Positions 16,609-26,421 of a stretch of 64,000 nt of DNA are shown here, piece by piece. Location of the stretch: the IMG/VR virus record IMGVR_UViG_3300025875_000002, positions 64,001-128,000 of that record; one strand, written 5' to 3'. The notes beneath the pieces were generated by a model. That model had not been told where the DNA came from, searched no databases, and saw only the letters and a program-made list of their open reading frames with translations. The position numbers and the translations under genes are program-made. The DNA is from a virus (lineage: Duplodnaviria; Heunggongvirae; Uroviricota; Caudoviricetes). The first letter of the stretch is position 1, and every line of letters starts with the position of its first letter.

Positions 16609-18927
16609 ATGCCATATTACTTCGTTACCGAGGAAGACCAAGCAGCAGTGCTGCCGGTTTCCCACCGGCCCATCAGCTCAGATTATATTCTAACAGTAGA
16701 GTTTACTAAGCGCTTTGACCGGTTTAATCCGCAAGTGCCTTTCTTGACTTTGCCAGTAACAGTTTCAGGCAATTACTTGAACATAACACTAACCCAGGCC
16801 CAGGTTAACAGCATCAGAACATCTTATTTTAAGATTAAGGCAGCGAAGCCCGGTACAGAGTTTTATGTAGATAATGGTAAAATATCTTATTCGCCAAAGA
16901 CAGCAACAGCACCAGTAGTTGATGTGGTAACCCAAGAAGAGTTTGATGCAGTTGAAATTCCAACAATAGCAGAGATCGAATCTATTGCCAAGGCAAAGGT
17001 TGCAGCTGACATTGAAGAGGTTTTGCCTTCTAGATTAAGTACAGTGGAACTAAGGGCGGCCTTTGTGCCGCTCCTCGGCCCCGCCAACGGCACGGCCGAC
17101 GCCGCCTGGATCAACGCCAAGATCGCGGGCGGCGGCTACTTCCGGGGCAACCCCGGCGCGACCTACCTGCTGGAGTCGCGCCTCATCGTGCCCTCCAACA
17201 CGCACATCGACTTCACCGGCTGCACCCTGCAGTTCAAGCAGACTCTCACCAGCGGAAACCTCTGCACCAACTACTCGCAGGCCAACCCGAAGTCCGTGGG
17301 CGGAGTAACGGCCAATGTCGGGGACACCACGTTCTACAGCGACACCCCGCTGAGGGGCCAGGTGTCGGTCGGCGACAACATCGTCATCTTCCAGGCGGGT
17401 GTCGACGGCATCCCATTGACCGCGATCGTCACCGCAGTGAACAGCTCCACGTCGGTCACCATCGACCGGCCCATCGCCAAAGCCGTTACCAACACCACCG
17501 CGCGGGTTTACGGCACCGACCACGACATCACCATCCAGGGCGGCGTCTGGAACCGGGGCGCGGTCGGCGGTTACGGAGCCGTCGAAGGCCACGGCCTCAA
17601 CTTCCGGTTCGTCCAGCGGCTGCACGTCGACATCGACGAGTACCACGCGACCGCCGGCACCTACGCCCTCTGCGTCGCCGCCGTCTGGGACTACAAGATC
17701 GGCTGCGGGTGGATGGACAACAAGTCTCTCGACGGCCTGCACGTCATGGGACCCGCCTACGACGGGGAGTGCACTCGCCTCGCCGGGAACACCAACGATG
17801 ACTCCCTCGCGTTGCTCTGCGCCGACGCCATCGGCCCCCTGACCGACGTGGCCGGAGACATCATCGGCTTCACCTGGAACATCGTCCGCACCCAGGCCGA
17901 ACAGTCCATCGTGAAGATCATGTCCGGTCCGGGGCTGACCATCGGCGGCATCCGGGGTGGCATCACGCAGGGCACCTACAAGCTGCGTCACGCCGTCTGG
18001 ATCGGCGAAGACCTCGCCAACCCCGGCGTGATGAAGGGCAACTGGGGCACCATCGACGTCGGCATCATCGATGCCGCACCCGTGGCCGGCTTCAACCAGT
18101 GGGCGCCCCTTGGCCTGCATAGCCCCAACGCCGGGCTGATCAAGGCCACCATCCGCTCCAAGTCCCCGCTCCCCCGCGCCCTGGTCGACACTGCCGGCTC
18201 CACCCCGGTCGTCATCCGCCGCCTCGATCTGGAACTCGACGCGCTCGGCCCGGTCCCGATCCTGCTGGCCACCAACACCAACATGACCATCGACTCGATG
18301 GACGTCCGGGGCCGCTACGACCAAGTGTCCGGCAGCCTGTCTCCGATGCAGATCAGCGCAGGAGCCTGGAACGACATCGACTCCTCCAAGCTGACCTCCT
18401 CGCTGACAGCCCGCACCCTCATCGCGGCCAGCGGCACCGGCAGCTACACCGAGCGCAGCCCCAAGCTGATCATCCCCTTCGTCGGGATGCTCAACCCCAA
18501 CGCCGGGGCGTGGAGCGCCGCCAACCGGGCCGTGTTCGACAGGTTCACGCTCATCACGTCAACCACCCTGCGGTACGTCAACTGGATCGTCAGCACCCAG
18601 TCCGGCAACGTCCAGGTCGGCATCGTCAAGCTGGCCGGCGTCGGCCACGGTGACTACACCGTGGTCATGGACTCCGGTGTGATCCCCTGCCCCGCCGCAG
18701 GGAACATCTGCACCGATCTGGGGGCCAAGACCCTGCCCCCTGGTGACTACGCGGTGTTCCTGTGGGCCGACAACGCCACATTCCAGACCCGTGCCGCTGG
18801 GGCATCCGGGCTGGCCGCGCTGCGGGTGTCAGGCAGCCTCGACGGGCTTGGCACGGGCGTCCAGGCCACCGGGAACTTCTCCTACGGAACCCTGTACTTC
18901 GCCGCAACCGTCGAGGCTGACGTCTGA
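16609..18927 (+). CDS. virion-associated protein: phage N-terminal anchor fused to GC-rich pectin-lyase-like beta-helix/tailspike domain
   Basis: Abrupt AT-to-GC shift at ~17060; beta-helix-type segments (LDGLHVMG, NTNDDSLAL); leaderless promoter 16575-16602. Confidence 0.65.
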   Translation: MPYYFVTEEDQAAVLPVSHRPISSDYILTVEFTKRFDRFNPQVPFLTLPVTVSGNYLNITLTQAQVNSIRTSYFKIKAAKPGTEFYVDNGKISYSPKTATAPVVDVVTQEEFDAVEIPTIAEIESIAKAKVAADIEEVLPSRLSTVELRAAFVPLLGPANGTADAAWINAKIAGGGYFRGNPGATYLLESRLIVPSNTHIDFTGCTLQFKQTLTSGNLCTNYSQANPKSVGGVTANVGDTTFYSDTPLRGQVSVGDNIVIFQAGVDGIPLTAIVTAVNSSTSVTIDRPIAKAVTNTTARVYGTDHDITIQGGVWNRGAVGGYGAVEGHGLNFRFVQRLHVDIDEYHATAGTYALCVAAVWDYKIGCGWMDNKSLDGLHVMGPAYDGECTRLAGNTNDDSLALLCADAIGPLTDVAGDIIGFTWNIVRTQAEQSIVKIMSGPGLTIGGIRGGITQGTYKLRHAVWIGEDLANPGVMKGNWGTIDVGIIDAAPVAGFNQWAPLGLHSPNAGLIKATIRSKSPLPRALVDTAGSTPVVIRRLDLELDALGPVPILLATNTNMTIDSMDVRGRYDQVSGSLSPMQISAGAWNDIDSSKLTSSLTARTLIAASGTGSYTERSPKLIIPFVGMLNPNAGAWSAANRAVFDRFTLITSTTLRYVNWIVSTQSGNVQVGIVKLAGVGHGDYTVVMDSGVIPCPAAGNICTDLGAKTLPPGDYAVFLWADNATFQTRAAGASGLAALRVSGSLDGLGTGVQATGNFSYGTLYFAATVEADV
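17046..17065 (+). repeat. left junction site L, GGAACTAAGGGCGGCCTTTG (copy 1)
   Basis: 20/20 identical to 26796-26815; sits at the composition boundary. Confidence 0.9.
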
Positions 18928-19193
18928 CCCATCGGTGATTGGCTTGAAGCAGACCGCTCGGCGAGCGACCCATCCAACCGACCCTTCCAAGTCAAGGCAG
19001 GCCGTTCGACCAAGAACCAACTCAGGCACGCCGCGGTGATGGTGGCGGGAAAGGACAACAGGGCGACAGCTGTCCGGTCGTGAATTCCTACGCTTAGCCA
19101 GTCGCGTGAGCCGCTCTTTCCGCGACTCCGTGGCTGGCCCCATGCCGTGGAGTTTACGCAGTCGATCCGGAGCAACTCGCCCGGCGGGTGCGT

Positions 19194-19210
19194 CTAAGGG
19201 GGCGCTTCGT
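19194..19210 (+). repeat. right junction site R, CTAAGGGGGCGCTTCGT (copy 1)
   Basis: 17/17 identical to 28071-28087; GC-rich tract ends here. Confidence 0.9.
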
Positions 19211-19217
19211 ACTAGTC

Positions 19218-19250
19218 AACAAAGCACACCGTTCTAAGGTGTGCTTTGTT
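19218..19250. terminator. intrinsic terminator
   Basis: AACAAAGCACACC-loop-GGTGTGCTTTGTT followed by ATTTT. Confidence 0.8.
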
Positions 19251-19369
19251 ATTTTGTGACATAAAATAACTTGAACGTTCTAAATCCATAAACTCAGCGG
19301 GTGTATACTTAAGAGACTAAATTCAAGGAAGAAGCCCCACTGTAGGCGGGGCTTAGGAGGGTACATTAT

Positions 19370-21316
19370 ATGAGTATTATGGACGATATGGGCGTACTGC
19401 GCGACCCGTACAAGGCATTCATTGCTGTGTCTCGTTACGCTCGTTGGGACGATGATCTTGGTCGCCGCGAGGTATGGAGTGAGACAGTTAAGCGTTATGT
19501 GGACTACATGCATAACCACATGGATAAGAATTACCCGGGAGCCATCAATGATGACTTCTGGCCCCGCGCGTATGACACAATTGCAAACCACAAGGTAATG
19601 GGCTCAATGCGTGCCCTGATGACCGCCGGTCCAGCATTGGACCGTAGTCACGTAGCAGGATACAACTGTTCATTCATTACGATTGACCACCCACGCGCAT
19701 TCGATGAGTCGCTATACATTCTCATGAATGGAACCGGACTTGGTTTCAGTGCTGAGAAGAAATATACCTCAAAGCTGCCGGTTGTAAATGAGCACTTTGA
19801 GCACACTAAGACTGTAGTAAAGGTACAAGACAGTAAGGAAGGTTGGGCACGTGGGCTTCGTGAACTTATTGCCATGCTCTATGTTGGACAGATTCCTGCA
19901 ATTGATATTACGGCACTTCGTCCAGCGGGAGCAAAGCTTAAGACATTCGGAGGTCGCTCATCGGGACCACAGCCACTTGTCAATCTATTCGATTTCGTCA
20001 TCGAAACATTCAAGCGTGCCGCTGGAAGACAGCTTACGCCTCTTGAATGTCATGACATTATGTGCAAGATTGGAGAGGTTGTGGTTGTCGGTGGAGTACG
20101 ACGTTCGGCCCTAATCAGTCTAGGTGACTTAGACGACTACGATATGGCAAAGGCAAAGAGCGGTTCATGGTGGGAAGCAAACCCACAGCGCGCACTTGCT
20201 AACAACTCTGCAACATATTACAAGAAGCCAAGCATCGGAGAGTTCCTTTCAGAATGGAAGAACTTGTACGAGTCTAAGTCTGGTGAACGCGGTATTGTTA
20301 ACATGGAAAACATGCAGAAGGCAGCGTACGCACCTCGCCGTGACGGTAGCAAGCTCATGGGTACTAACCCATGTGGAGAAATTTCTTTGAGGCCATACCA
20401 GTTCTGCAATTTGACCGAGGTCATTATTGAAGAGAGTGATACAGAAGAAACGTTGTTGGAGAAGGTTGAAATTGCTACTATTCTTGGTACCATTCAGTCT
20501 TCATTCACCAACTTCAAGTACCTACGTAAGATTTGGAGAGACAACTGTGAAGAAGAAAGACTCTTGGGAGTTTCGCTCACTGGGCAATTCGGAAACAAGC
20601 TCACGTCCGGACTTTTGGGTCTCGACAAGCTATCTGACACCCTTGACGCACTCAGGGAAAAGTCAATTGAGACGAACAGCGTTGTTGCAGACGCAATGGG
20701 GATCAACCGTTCTACGGCAATCACTACGGTCAAGCCTTCGGGAACAGTTTCACAGCTTACCGGTACGTCTTCGGGAATGCACCCTTGGCACAACGATTTC
20801 TACATTCGTTCAGTACGCCAAGACAATAAGGACCCACTAACAAGGTTCTTGTCAGACGCCGGCATTCCAAATGAGCCAGATGTAATGAAGCCAAACGACA
20901 CAACAGTCTTTTACTTCCCACAGAAGGCACCGGAAGGCGCGGTTACTAGAATGCATATTAGTGCAATAGAACACCTAGAGTTCTGGAAGATTTACAAGGA
21001 GCACTGGACTGAGCACAATCCAAGTGTAACGATCAATGTGCGCGAGGACGAATGGGTAGCAGTCGCTGACTGGGTTTACAAGAATTGGGATGTAGTTGGA
21101 GGAATCAGCTTCCTTCCTTATTCTGAGCACACCTATCAGCAGGCACCATATCAGGACACAGACGAGTCTGGATACAACCAGTTTGTTGCTGACATGCCAG
21201 CTTCAATTGATTGGTCTATCTTGCCATTCTATGAGTCAGAGGACAACACCTCTGGTTCACAGACACTGGCTTGCGTAGCTGGGGCTTGCGAACTAGTTGG
21301 ATCGGCTGACAAGTAA
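19370..21316 (+). CDS. nrdJ: class II (adenosylcobalamin-dependent) ribonucleotide reductase
   Basis: YNCSF, TNPCGEI, FCNLTEV, TTVKPSGTVSQL, C-terminal CVAGACEL; no R2 subunit adjacent. Confidence 0.9.
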   Translation: MSIMDDMGVLRDPYKAFIAVSRYARWDDDLGRREVWSETVKRYVDYMHNHMDKNYPGAINDDFWPRAYDTIANHKVMGSMRALMTAGPALDRSHVAGYNCSFITIDHPRAFDESLYILMNGTGLGFSAEKKYTSKLPVVNEHFEHTKTVVKVQDSKEGWARGLRELIAMLYVGQIPAIDITALRPAGAKLKTFGGRSSGPQPLVNLFDFVIETFKRAAGRQLTPLECHDIMCKIGEVVVVGGVRRSALISLGDLDDYDMAKAKSGSWWEANPQRALANNSATYYKKPSIGEFLSEWKNLYESKSGERGIVNMENMQKAAYAPRRDGSKLMGTNPCGEISLRPYQFCNLTEVIIEESDTEETLLEKVEIATILGTIQSSFTNFKYLRKIWRDNCEEERLLGVSLTGQFGNKLTSGLLGLDKLSDTLDALREKSIETNSVVADAMGINRSTAITTVKPSGTVSQLTGTSSGMHPWHNDFYIRSVRQDNKDPLTRFLSDAGIPNEPDVMKPNDTTVFYFPQKAPEGAVTRMHISAIEHLEFWKIYKEHWTEHNPSVTINVREDEWVAVADWVYKNWDVVGGISFLPYSEHTYQQAPYQDTDESGYNQFVADMPASIDWSILPFYESEDNTSGSQTLACVAGACELVGSADK

Positions 21317-21406
21317 GCAATGTCATGGCCGTCCTCCGGGGCGGCTTTTGACATTTTAGGACGAGAAGAGTATATTGAAGGTGTGAGAAATGAGGAGGTG
21401 AATTAA

Positions 21407-22384
21407 ATGGTAGCATCACAGAATGGATGGAGAGCAAATGACCGAACAGTCATTGCTAGTATTGACGTGCCCGGAGGGAAGCTAGCCGTACGCAAGGGAA
21501 GCATTGGAGTAATTTTCCAGCACCTTGCAAATAGGTTTCACAACGAAGTAGAAAAGCTAGTTTGGCCGGGTAACTGGGGATATGCAGAGCGCGAAGTGCG
21601 TGGAGGAACTGATTTGTCAAATCATGCTTCCGGAACGGCAATTGATCTAAATGCTCCGAAGCATCCACTTGGCACAGCACCAAGTGCAAATTACAGCGCC
21701 GCACAGATCAACAAGATTCACGAAATTGTAAACTTCTACGAAGGAATCATTCGTTGGGGCGGTGACTATGTTGGGCGAAAGGACGGCATGCATTTTGAGA
21801 TTAACGATGGAATTAATGAAACTCAGGTTGATCGTATTGCAAGTAAGTGTATGACGGCGACACCTAAGTTTACGGTTACCGGCGCATTCTTGGAAGGCGC
21901 TAACAGGTATGGACGCGCAGGTAATCCTGTCAACGCAGAAGGATTCACCCGTGACGGACTGGGCCGGGTACAGACCTTTGAGCACGCTATTGCACTGTGG
22001 CACAAAGAGCGCACGGGGGCAAAGGCTTACTTTGTTTCTATCCCAGGAGCAATCTATGATTACTGGCGTGGACGCGGCGCAGAGGATCCAGAGAATCCAA
22101 CTTCACTTGGCTATCCAGTATCAGACGACGCAGTCTGGCAGGATGGAAAGGGTGTTGGACAGGTCTTTGAGCGTGGTCTCATTGTATGGGGCCCCGACAC
22201 GGGAGTTCATGCCGTAGTCGGACCAATTAGGGATACGTGGGAGTATCTAGGCGCCGAAAGGAATCTAGGTTATCCAGTCAATGACCAACGTCCAGAAGGA
22301 TCTTCTTTCAGACAAGCGTTCCAGCGTGGTGACCTTGTCGAAGATTTGAATGGCAAGGTTGTTATGTTTGCGAAGAAGTTCTGA
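21407..22384 (+). CDS. endolysin: M15-type peptidase plus LGFP-like repeats
   Basis: SQNGW..SNHASGTAIDLNA..RWGGDY..DGMHFEI; C-terminal LGYPVSD/LGYPVND and Q.F.RG repeats. Confidence 0.85.
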   Translation: MVASQNGWRANDRTVIASIDVPGGKLAVRKGSIGVIFQHLANRFHNEVEKLVWPGNWGYAEREVRGGTDLSNHASGTAIDLNAPKHPLGTAPSANYSAAQINKIHEIVNFYEGIIRWGGDYVGRKDGMHFEINDGINETQVDRIASKCMTATPKFTVTGAFLEGANRYGRAGNPVNAEGFTRDGLGRVQTFEHAIALWHKERTGAKAYFVSIPGAIYDYWRGRGAEDPENPTSLGYPVSDDAVWQDGKGVGQVFERGLIVWGPDTGVHAVVGPIRDTWEYLGAERNLGYPVNDQRPEGSSFRQAFQRGDLVEDLNGKVVMFAKKF

Positions 22385-22568
22385 TTCTGATATAATACAG
22401 GTACAACCTTCGGGGACTGCGCGGCTTGTGGGCCGATTGACAGACTGATAGTTGTTGGGTCAGTTCGTGCGAATTGATCTACCTTAGGAATGGTTATTGA
22501 AGTTACCGGCAAAACCTCGCTTCGGCGAGGTTTTTGCTGTTTCATGGGTAGGGTGTTACAATTGTTTT

Positions 22569-24035
22569 ATGAATTATGAATTAGAGATCCGTAAGAGCAA
22601 CCCGGCGGTGTTTAATAACTTGACTGGCGCGCTGCCTCCGCTTGTGGCCGGTGCAGGATCGGCTAGCTTGATAACTACTCCCATAATAACTCCATTTTCA
22701 GCATGGACTAATGGAAAAGAGCGCCAGTCCTTTAGTGTAGAGGTTTGGCATCTCCCAACAGTTAATGGTTTGGTGATTGGACATTCAGACGAAGGTGTTT
22801 TCTTTGAAGATGGCAGCTACAGATTAAGGCTTAACTTTAATGATGCTACCTTCACAGAAGGCATTTGGCCCGCCCCGGAAGTTAAGTCTCGTCACGTGGT
22901 CATAACTTATGACTCATCAAGGTTTTCACTATATGTAGACGGCATTAACGTTATTTCACTAGATGTGCCTAGCCTGGTTACTTTTGAAGCTGCCAGTGAA
23001 CCAATTACTACCGGCACTGGCATTTATGATTCGCTAGCACTTTACTACAGAGTATTGACACCGGAAGATATTAGTATCCATTATTCTTGGGGCCATGACG
23101 CAATGAGCTTTATAACTATTGCTAGTACTAAGGGTGCGTCAGCATTCACTTTGGCTTTTAATGATGTAGACGTTTATGATGCAGTTGTGTTCGATTCAAC
23201 AAATTGGAATCAAGGTCTCTTGACAAACATAACGTCTACCGATCCATTGACTACAACCTTAACTGGTGCAACTTGGGACACAATGATTCCGTTGGGAGCA
23301 TTTCAAGATGTTACTCCTGGCGTTTATCTTTCTTGGGCGGGACGTGGAGTTGTGGTTCGGTATTCATTGGACGGAAGCGCTTGGACGGCAGCAACCAATA
23401 GATCAACCATCTTAGAAGACGTTGATCTGACTGATGTTGTTCTTTATATAAGAATGGAACTAGAGGTTAATGGGTTTGTTGATAATTTGAAGTTGTATTT
23501 GCTGGCTGATCGTGTTATGCAACCGTACAGCGGCACCCGGTTGCTTACTTTCAAATCCGCATCAATGGACGAAACGCCCGGTCATCAGTTGGAATATCAA
23601 GCCGACCAAGGTGCAACCATCCATGGGGGATATATACAAATTGAACCTGATCTTACTGGAGCACACGCTCATAGCATAAGAACTATTGAAATGTGGGCAA
23701 AGTCAAGCACGCCGATAACCATATCGGCGCCGGTACAGACTACTTATCGTAATGGAGTAGTAAGCAGTACATTTGATGGGCAGTGGGCACACTATGTGTT
23801 TGTTCTAACCGCAGCAACTAACGACCCAATTAAAATTGCTAATGGACAGACCTTAAGCGTAGGCACGCTAGCCGCATACTCTGATCCGCTTACAGCATCC
23901 AAGATCAGTACTTTGTATAGCCTAAATATTGGCGCTGCACCAATACAAATGATTGATTCTGGAACAATTGGTGTTACGGAATCAAGCCCCGCGTTTGATG
24001 TTTATGCCTACACTTGGGCCATTGTTTCCGGCTGA
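22569..24035 (+). CDS. LamG/concanavalin-like domain structural protein
   Basis: FSVEVW..HVVITYD..LYVDG..DSLALY; start supported by promoter TTGCTG-17-TACAAT 6 nt upstream. Confidence 0.7.
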   Translation: MNYELEIRKSNPAVFNNLTGALPPLVAGAGSASLITTPIITPFSAWTNGKERQSFSVEVWHLPTVNGLVIGHSDEGVFFEDGSYRLRLNFNDATFTEGIWPAPEVKSRHVVITYDSSRFSLYVDGINVISLDVPSLVTFEAASEPITTGTGIYDSLALYYRVLTPEDISIHYSWGHDAMSFITIASTKGASAFTLAFNDVDVYDAVVFDSTNWNQGLLTNITSTDPLTTTLTGATWDTMIPLGAFQDVTPGVYLSWAGRGVVVRYSLDGSAWTAATNRSTILEDVDLTDVVLYIRMELEVNGFVDNLKLYLLADRVMQPYSGTRLLTFKSASMDETPGHQLEYQADQGATIHGGYIQIEPDLTGAHAHSIRTIEMWAKSSTPITISAPVQTTYRNGVVSSTFDGQWAHYVFVLTAATNDPIKIANGQTLSVGTLAAYSDPLTASKISTLYSLNIGAAPIQMIDSGTIGVTESSPAFDVYAYTWAIVSG

Positions 24036-24100
24036 CGGGTAAAAATGTGTCACGGGTGTACCATATTTGCATATAAGATAAAGCGTGTTAGTATGAGTCT

Positions 24101-24436
24101 ATGAGTAATTTAAAGGCTGTGCAGCAGGGTATTCCATATGGAGTGTATGTTTGGCGCATCGACGGTAAGGCCGTGGTTAATGAAAATTTAGAATATCTTC
24201 AAATTGCCTCTCGGCGCGGCGATCTACTTAAGATCGCTGCGTTAAAGAAGTTTGTTAATGACGTACTCGACATCCACGAAGGCGAAGCATTCTTTGAAGA
24301 GGGTAGTCGCCCAATTAGCCATGAAGAGTGGGAAGACCAGATGGCTCGCCAGCGCAATGGTGAAGTTCCAGATCCTTACGACCTCGGTAACCTTATCGAA
24401 GAATATAATTATGAAAGAGGGATTGATAATAAGTGA
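24101..24436 (+). CDS. conserved protein upstream of portal
   Basis: Leaderless promoter; overlaps the portal start. Confidence 0.7.
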   Translation: MSNLKAVQQGIPYGVYVWRIDGKAVVNENLEYLQIASRRGDLLKIAALKKFVNDVLDIHEGEAFFEEGSRPISHEEWEDQMARQRNGEVPDPYDLGNLIEEYNYERGIDNK

Positions 24437-26094
24437 CTAGGAGAGCAGTTGACGACGATGAGTTGTCAGCTTTTGACAATATTTCAGCCAAGGTAATTGG
24501 CGACGGTGAGAGGGTGCTCGTCACCGACATTGTCGATCCTTTTTCACTTTCTGGTGACAACCTGCGTAAGGTGCAGGGCCTTGACCCAAATGCCAAGCGC
24601 CGCCGGTCTCGCAAGCTAGAAAAGTCTTATACAGGCCACGAAGACTCAGGCACAAAGCGTGATGAGATAGAAGGACAAGTAGACGCTTACAATTTGTTTG
24701 GTGTGGTTCTTCCTAAGTACAACATGGACTACCTTGCCAAGATTTATGAAATGAGTGCTCCTCACTACGCGGCAGTTAAGGCAAAGGTTGCAAACATCGC
24801 CGGTCTAGGGTTTGATTTTACTCTTACTCATGCTATGCAACGTAAGATGGCAGCAGCAGATGATGCCAAGAAGGAGCGTATGCGCAAGCAGCTAGACAAC
24901 ATGAAGGAAGATGTTTATAGCTGGCTAGATGACACAAACGCAGAAGACACTTTTTCTGAAACTCTAATCAAGGTTTGGACCGACTACGAGACCATGGGTA
25001 ATGGATACATCGAAATTGGTCGCACAAACTCTGGTCAAGTCGGCTATATCGGTCACATTCCAGCTTCTACCATGCGCGTGCGCAAGGAACGTGATGGCTT
25101 CGTACAAATGGTTTCTAATCGTGTTAAGTTCTTCCGTAACTTTGGTGAAGACACCGCAGACCAGCTAGGCAATGATTTTCGACCAAATGAGATCATTCAT
25201 ATCAAAAAGTACAGCCCAACAAACCAGTTTTATGGAGTGCCAGACATTGTCGCTGCTCAGCAGGCAGTAGTTGGTAACGAATTCGCATCTAGATTTAATC
25301 TAGATTACTTTGAAAACAAGGCCGTTCCTCGCTATGTTATTGTAGTTAAGGGAGGATCGTTCAGCGCCGCCGGTGAGCAGAATTTGCTAGAGTTCTTTGA
25401 GACAGGACTAAAGGGGAAGAATCACCGTACCATTTACATTCCTTTACCAGCGGATGAACAGGATCGAAAGGCTAGTTTCGAAATGAAGCCGGTTGAGGCC
25501 GGTACTCAGGATTCTAGTTTCGTTAACTACCGCCGGGGCAATCTGAGTGATATTCTTATGGCACACCGTGTTCCAGTATCTAAGGTTTCAATGGCAGAGA
25601 ACGTTAGCCTTGCTGCATCTAGAGATGCAGATAAGAACTTCAAGGAACAGGTTTGTCGTCCAGAACAGAAGATGTTTGAAAAGAAGATCAATAAGATCAT
25701 AGGCGAAGTTACTGATGTGTTCCGTCTAAAGCTAAATGAGCTTGTCCTAACCGATGAAGATACTCAAAGCAAGATTGACGAGCGTGATCTTCGTTGGGGC
25801 AAGACTACCGTTAATGAGATTCGTGCAGCTCGTGGAGAATCACCTCTTCCTTGGGGAGATGAGCGTTCACAGCTACCTTCACAGGCGGTTGACCCAGAAA
25901 CTATGGCGCTACAGCAAAAGCAGGCCAAGACTCAGGCAGATGCAGCTAAGGCCGCCGCCAAGGCACCAGCTAATGCAGAAGCTAATGCACAGCAGGCAGG
26001 TACACGTACGCGAGACGCCGAGCGTTCAGCAGGAGCAACCGATTCAGCCGGGGAGGGAAGAAATGAGCAAGGATCAGGTAGGACAGCTGCGTAA
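24433..26094 (+). CDS. portal protein
   Basis: DYETMGNGYIEIGR..HIPASTMR..EIIHIKKYSP..YGVP..FENKAVP; position before protease and capsid. Confidence 0.9.
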   Translation: MTRRAVDDDELSAFDNISAKVIGDGERVLVTDIVDPFSLSGDNLRKVQGLDPNAKRRRSRKLEKSYTGHEDSGTKRDEIEGQVDAYNLFGVVLPKYNMDYLAKIYEMSAPHYAAVKAKVANIAGLGFDFTLTHAMQRKMAAADDAKKERMRKQLDNMKEDVYSWLDDTNAEDTFSETLIKVWTDYETMGNGYIEIGRTNSGQVGYIGHIPASTMRVRKERDGFVQMVSNRVKFFRNFGEDTADQLGNDFRPNEIIHIKKYSPTNQFYGVPDIVAAQQAVVGNEFASRFNLDYFENKAVPRYVIVVKGGSFSAAGEQNLLEFFETGLKGKNHRTIYIPLPADEQDRKASFEMKPVEAGTQDSSFVNYRRGNLSDILMAHRVPVSKVSMAENVSLAASRDADKNFKEQVCRPEQKMFEKKINKIIGEVTDVFRLKLNELVLTDEDTQSKIDERDLRWGKTTVNEIRAARGESPLPWGDERSQLPSQAVDPETMALQQKQAKTQADAAKAAAKAPANAEANAQQAGTRTRDAERSAGATDSAGEGRNEQGSGRTAA

Positions 26095-26421
26095 AGGTGA
26101 ATACATCATTAGTAGAAAGACTCTAGGGGAAAGACTCTTGGAGTCAGCAACTCAGGCGGTTGATTCAGACGAGCCAAACAAGTCATGCATTAGGGGACCA
26201 CATGAGACCACAGAAGAAGAGTAACCTGCCCGGTTGCATAAGGAGGAAAAATGCTAAAACTACTCTTATTAATCATACTAGTAGTACTGTTAACCGCACT
26301 GATCGCTAGTGCTTACACTGGACTACAATCCTGGAGAAGAAGTAATAGGTACGTTGATCCAGAGAAGAGAAATACAAACCTAAAGTTATGACTTTGGAGA
26401 AAAATGAGGTAAAATATAACC

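Noticed and set aside
17050-18973. Long minus-strand and alternate-frame ORFs inside cassette 1 (e.g. 17050-18324)
   Set aside because: Shadow ORFs caused by stop-codon scarcity in GC-rich DNA; the + strand frame has coherent codon bias and domain motifs.
22384-24433. Absence of a terminase gene before the portal as a novelty
   Set aside because: Large actinophages with this layout often encode terminase elsewhere, and the window covers only part of the genome.
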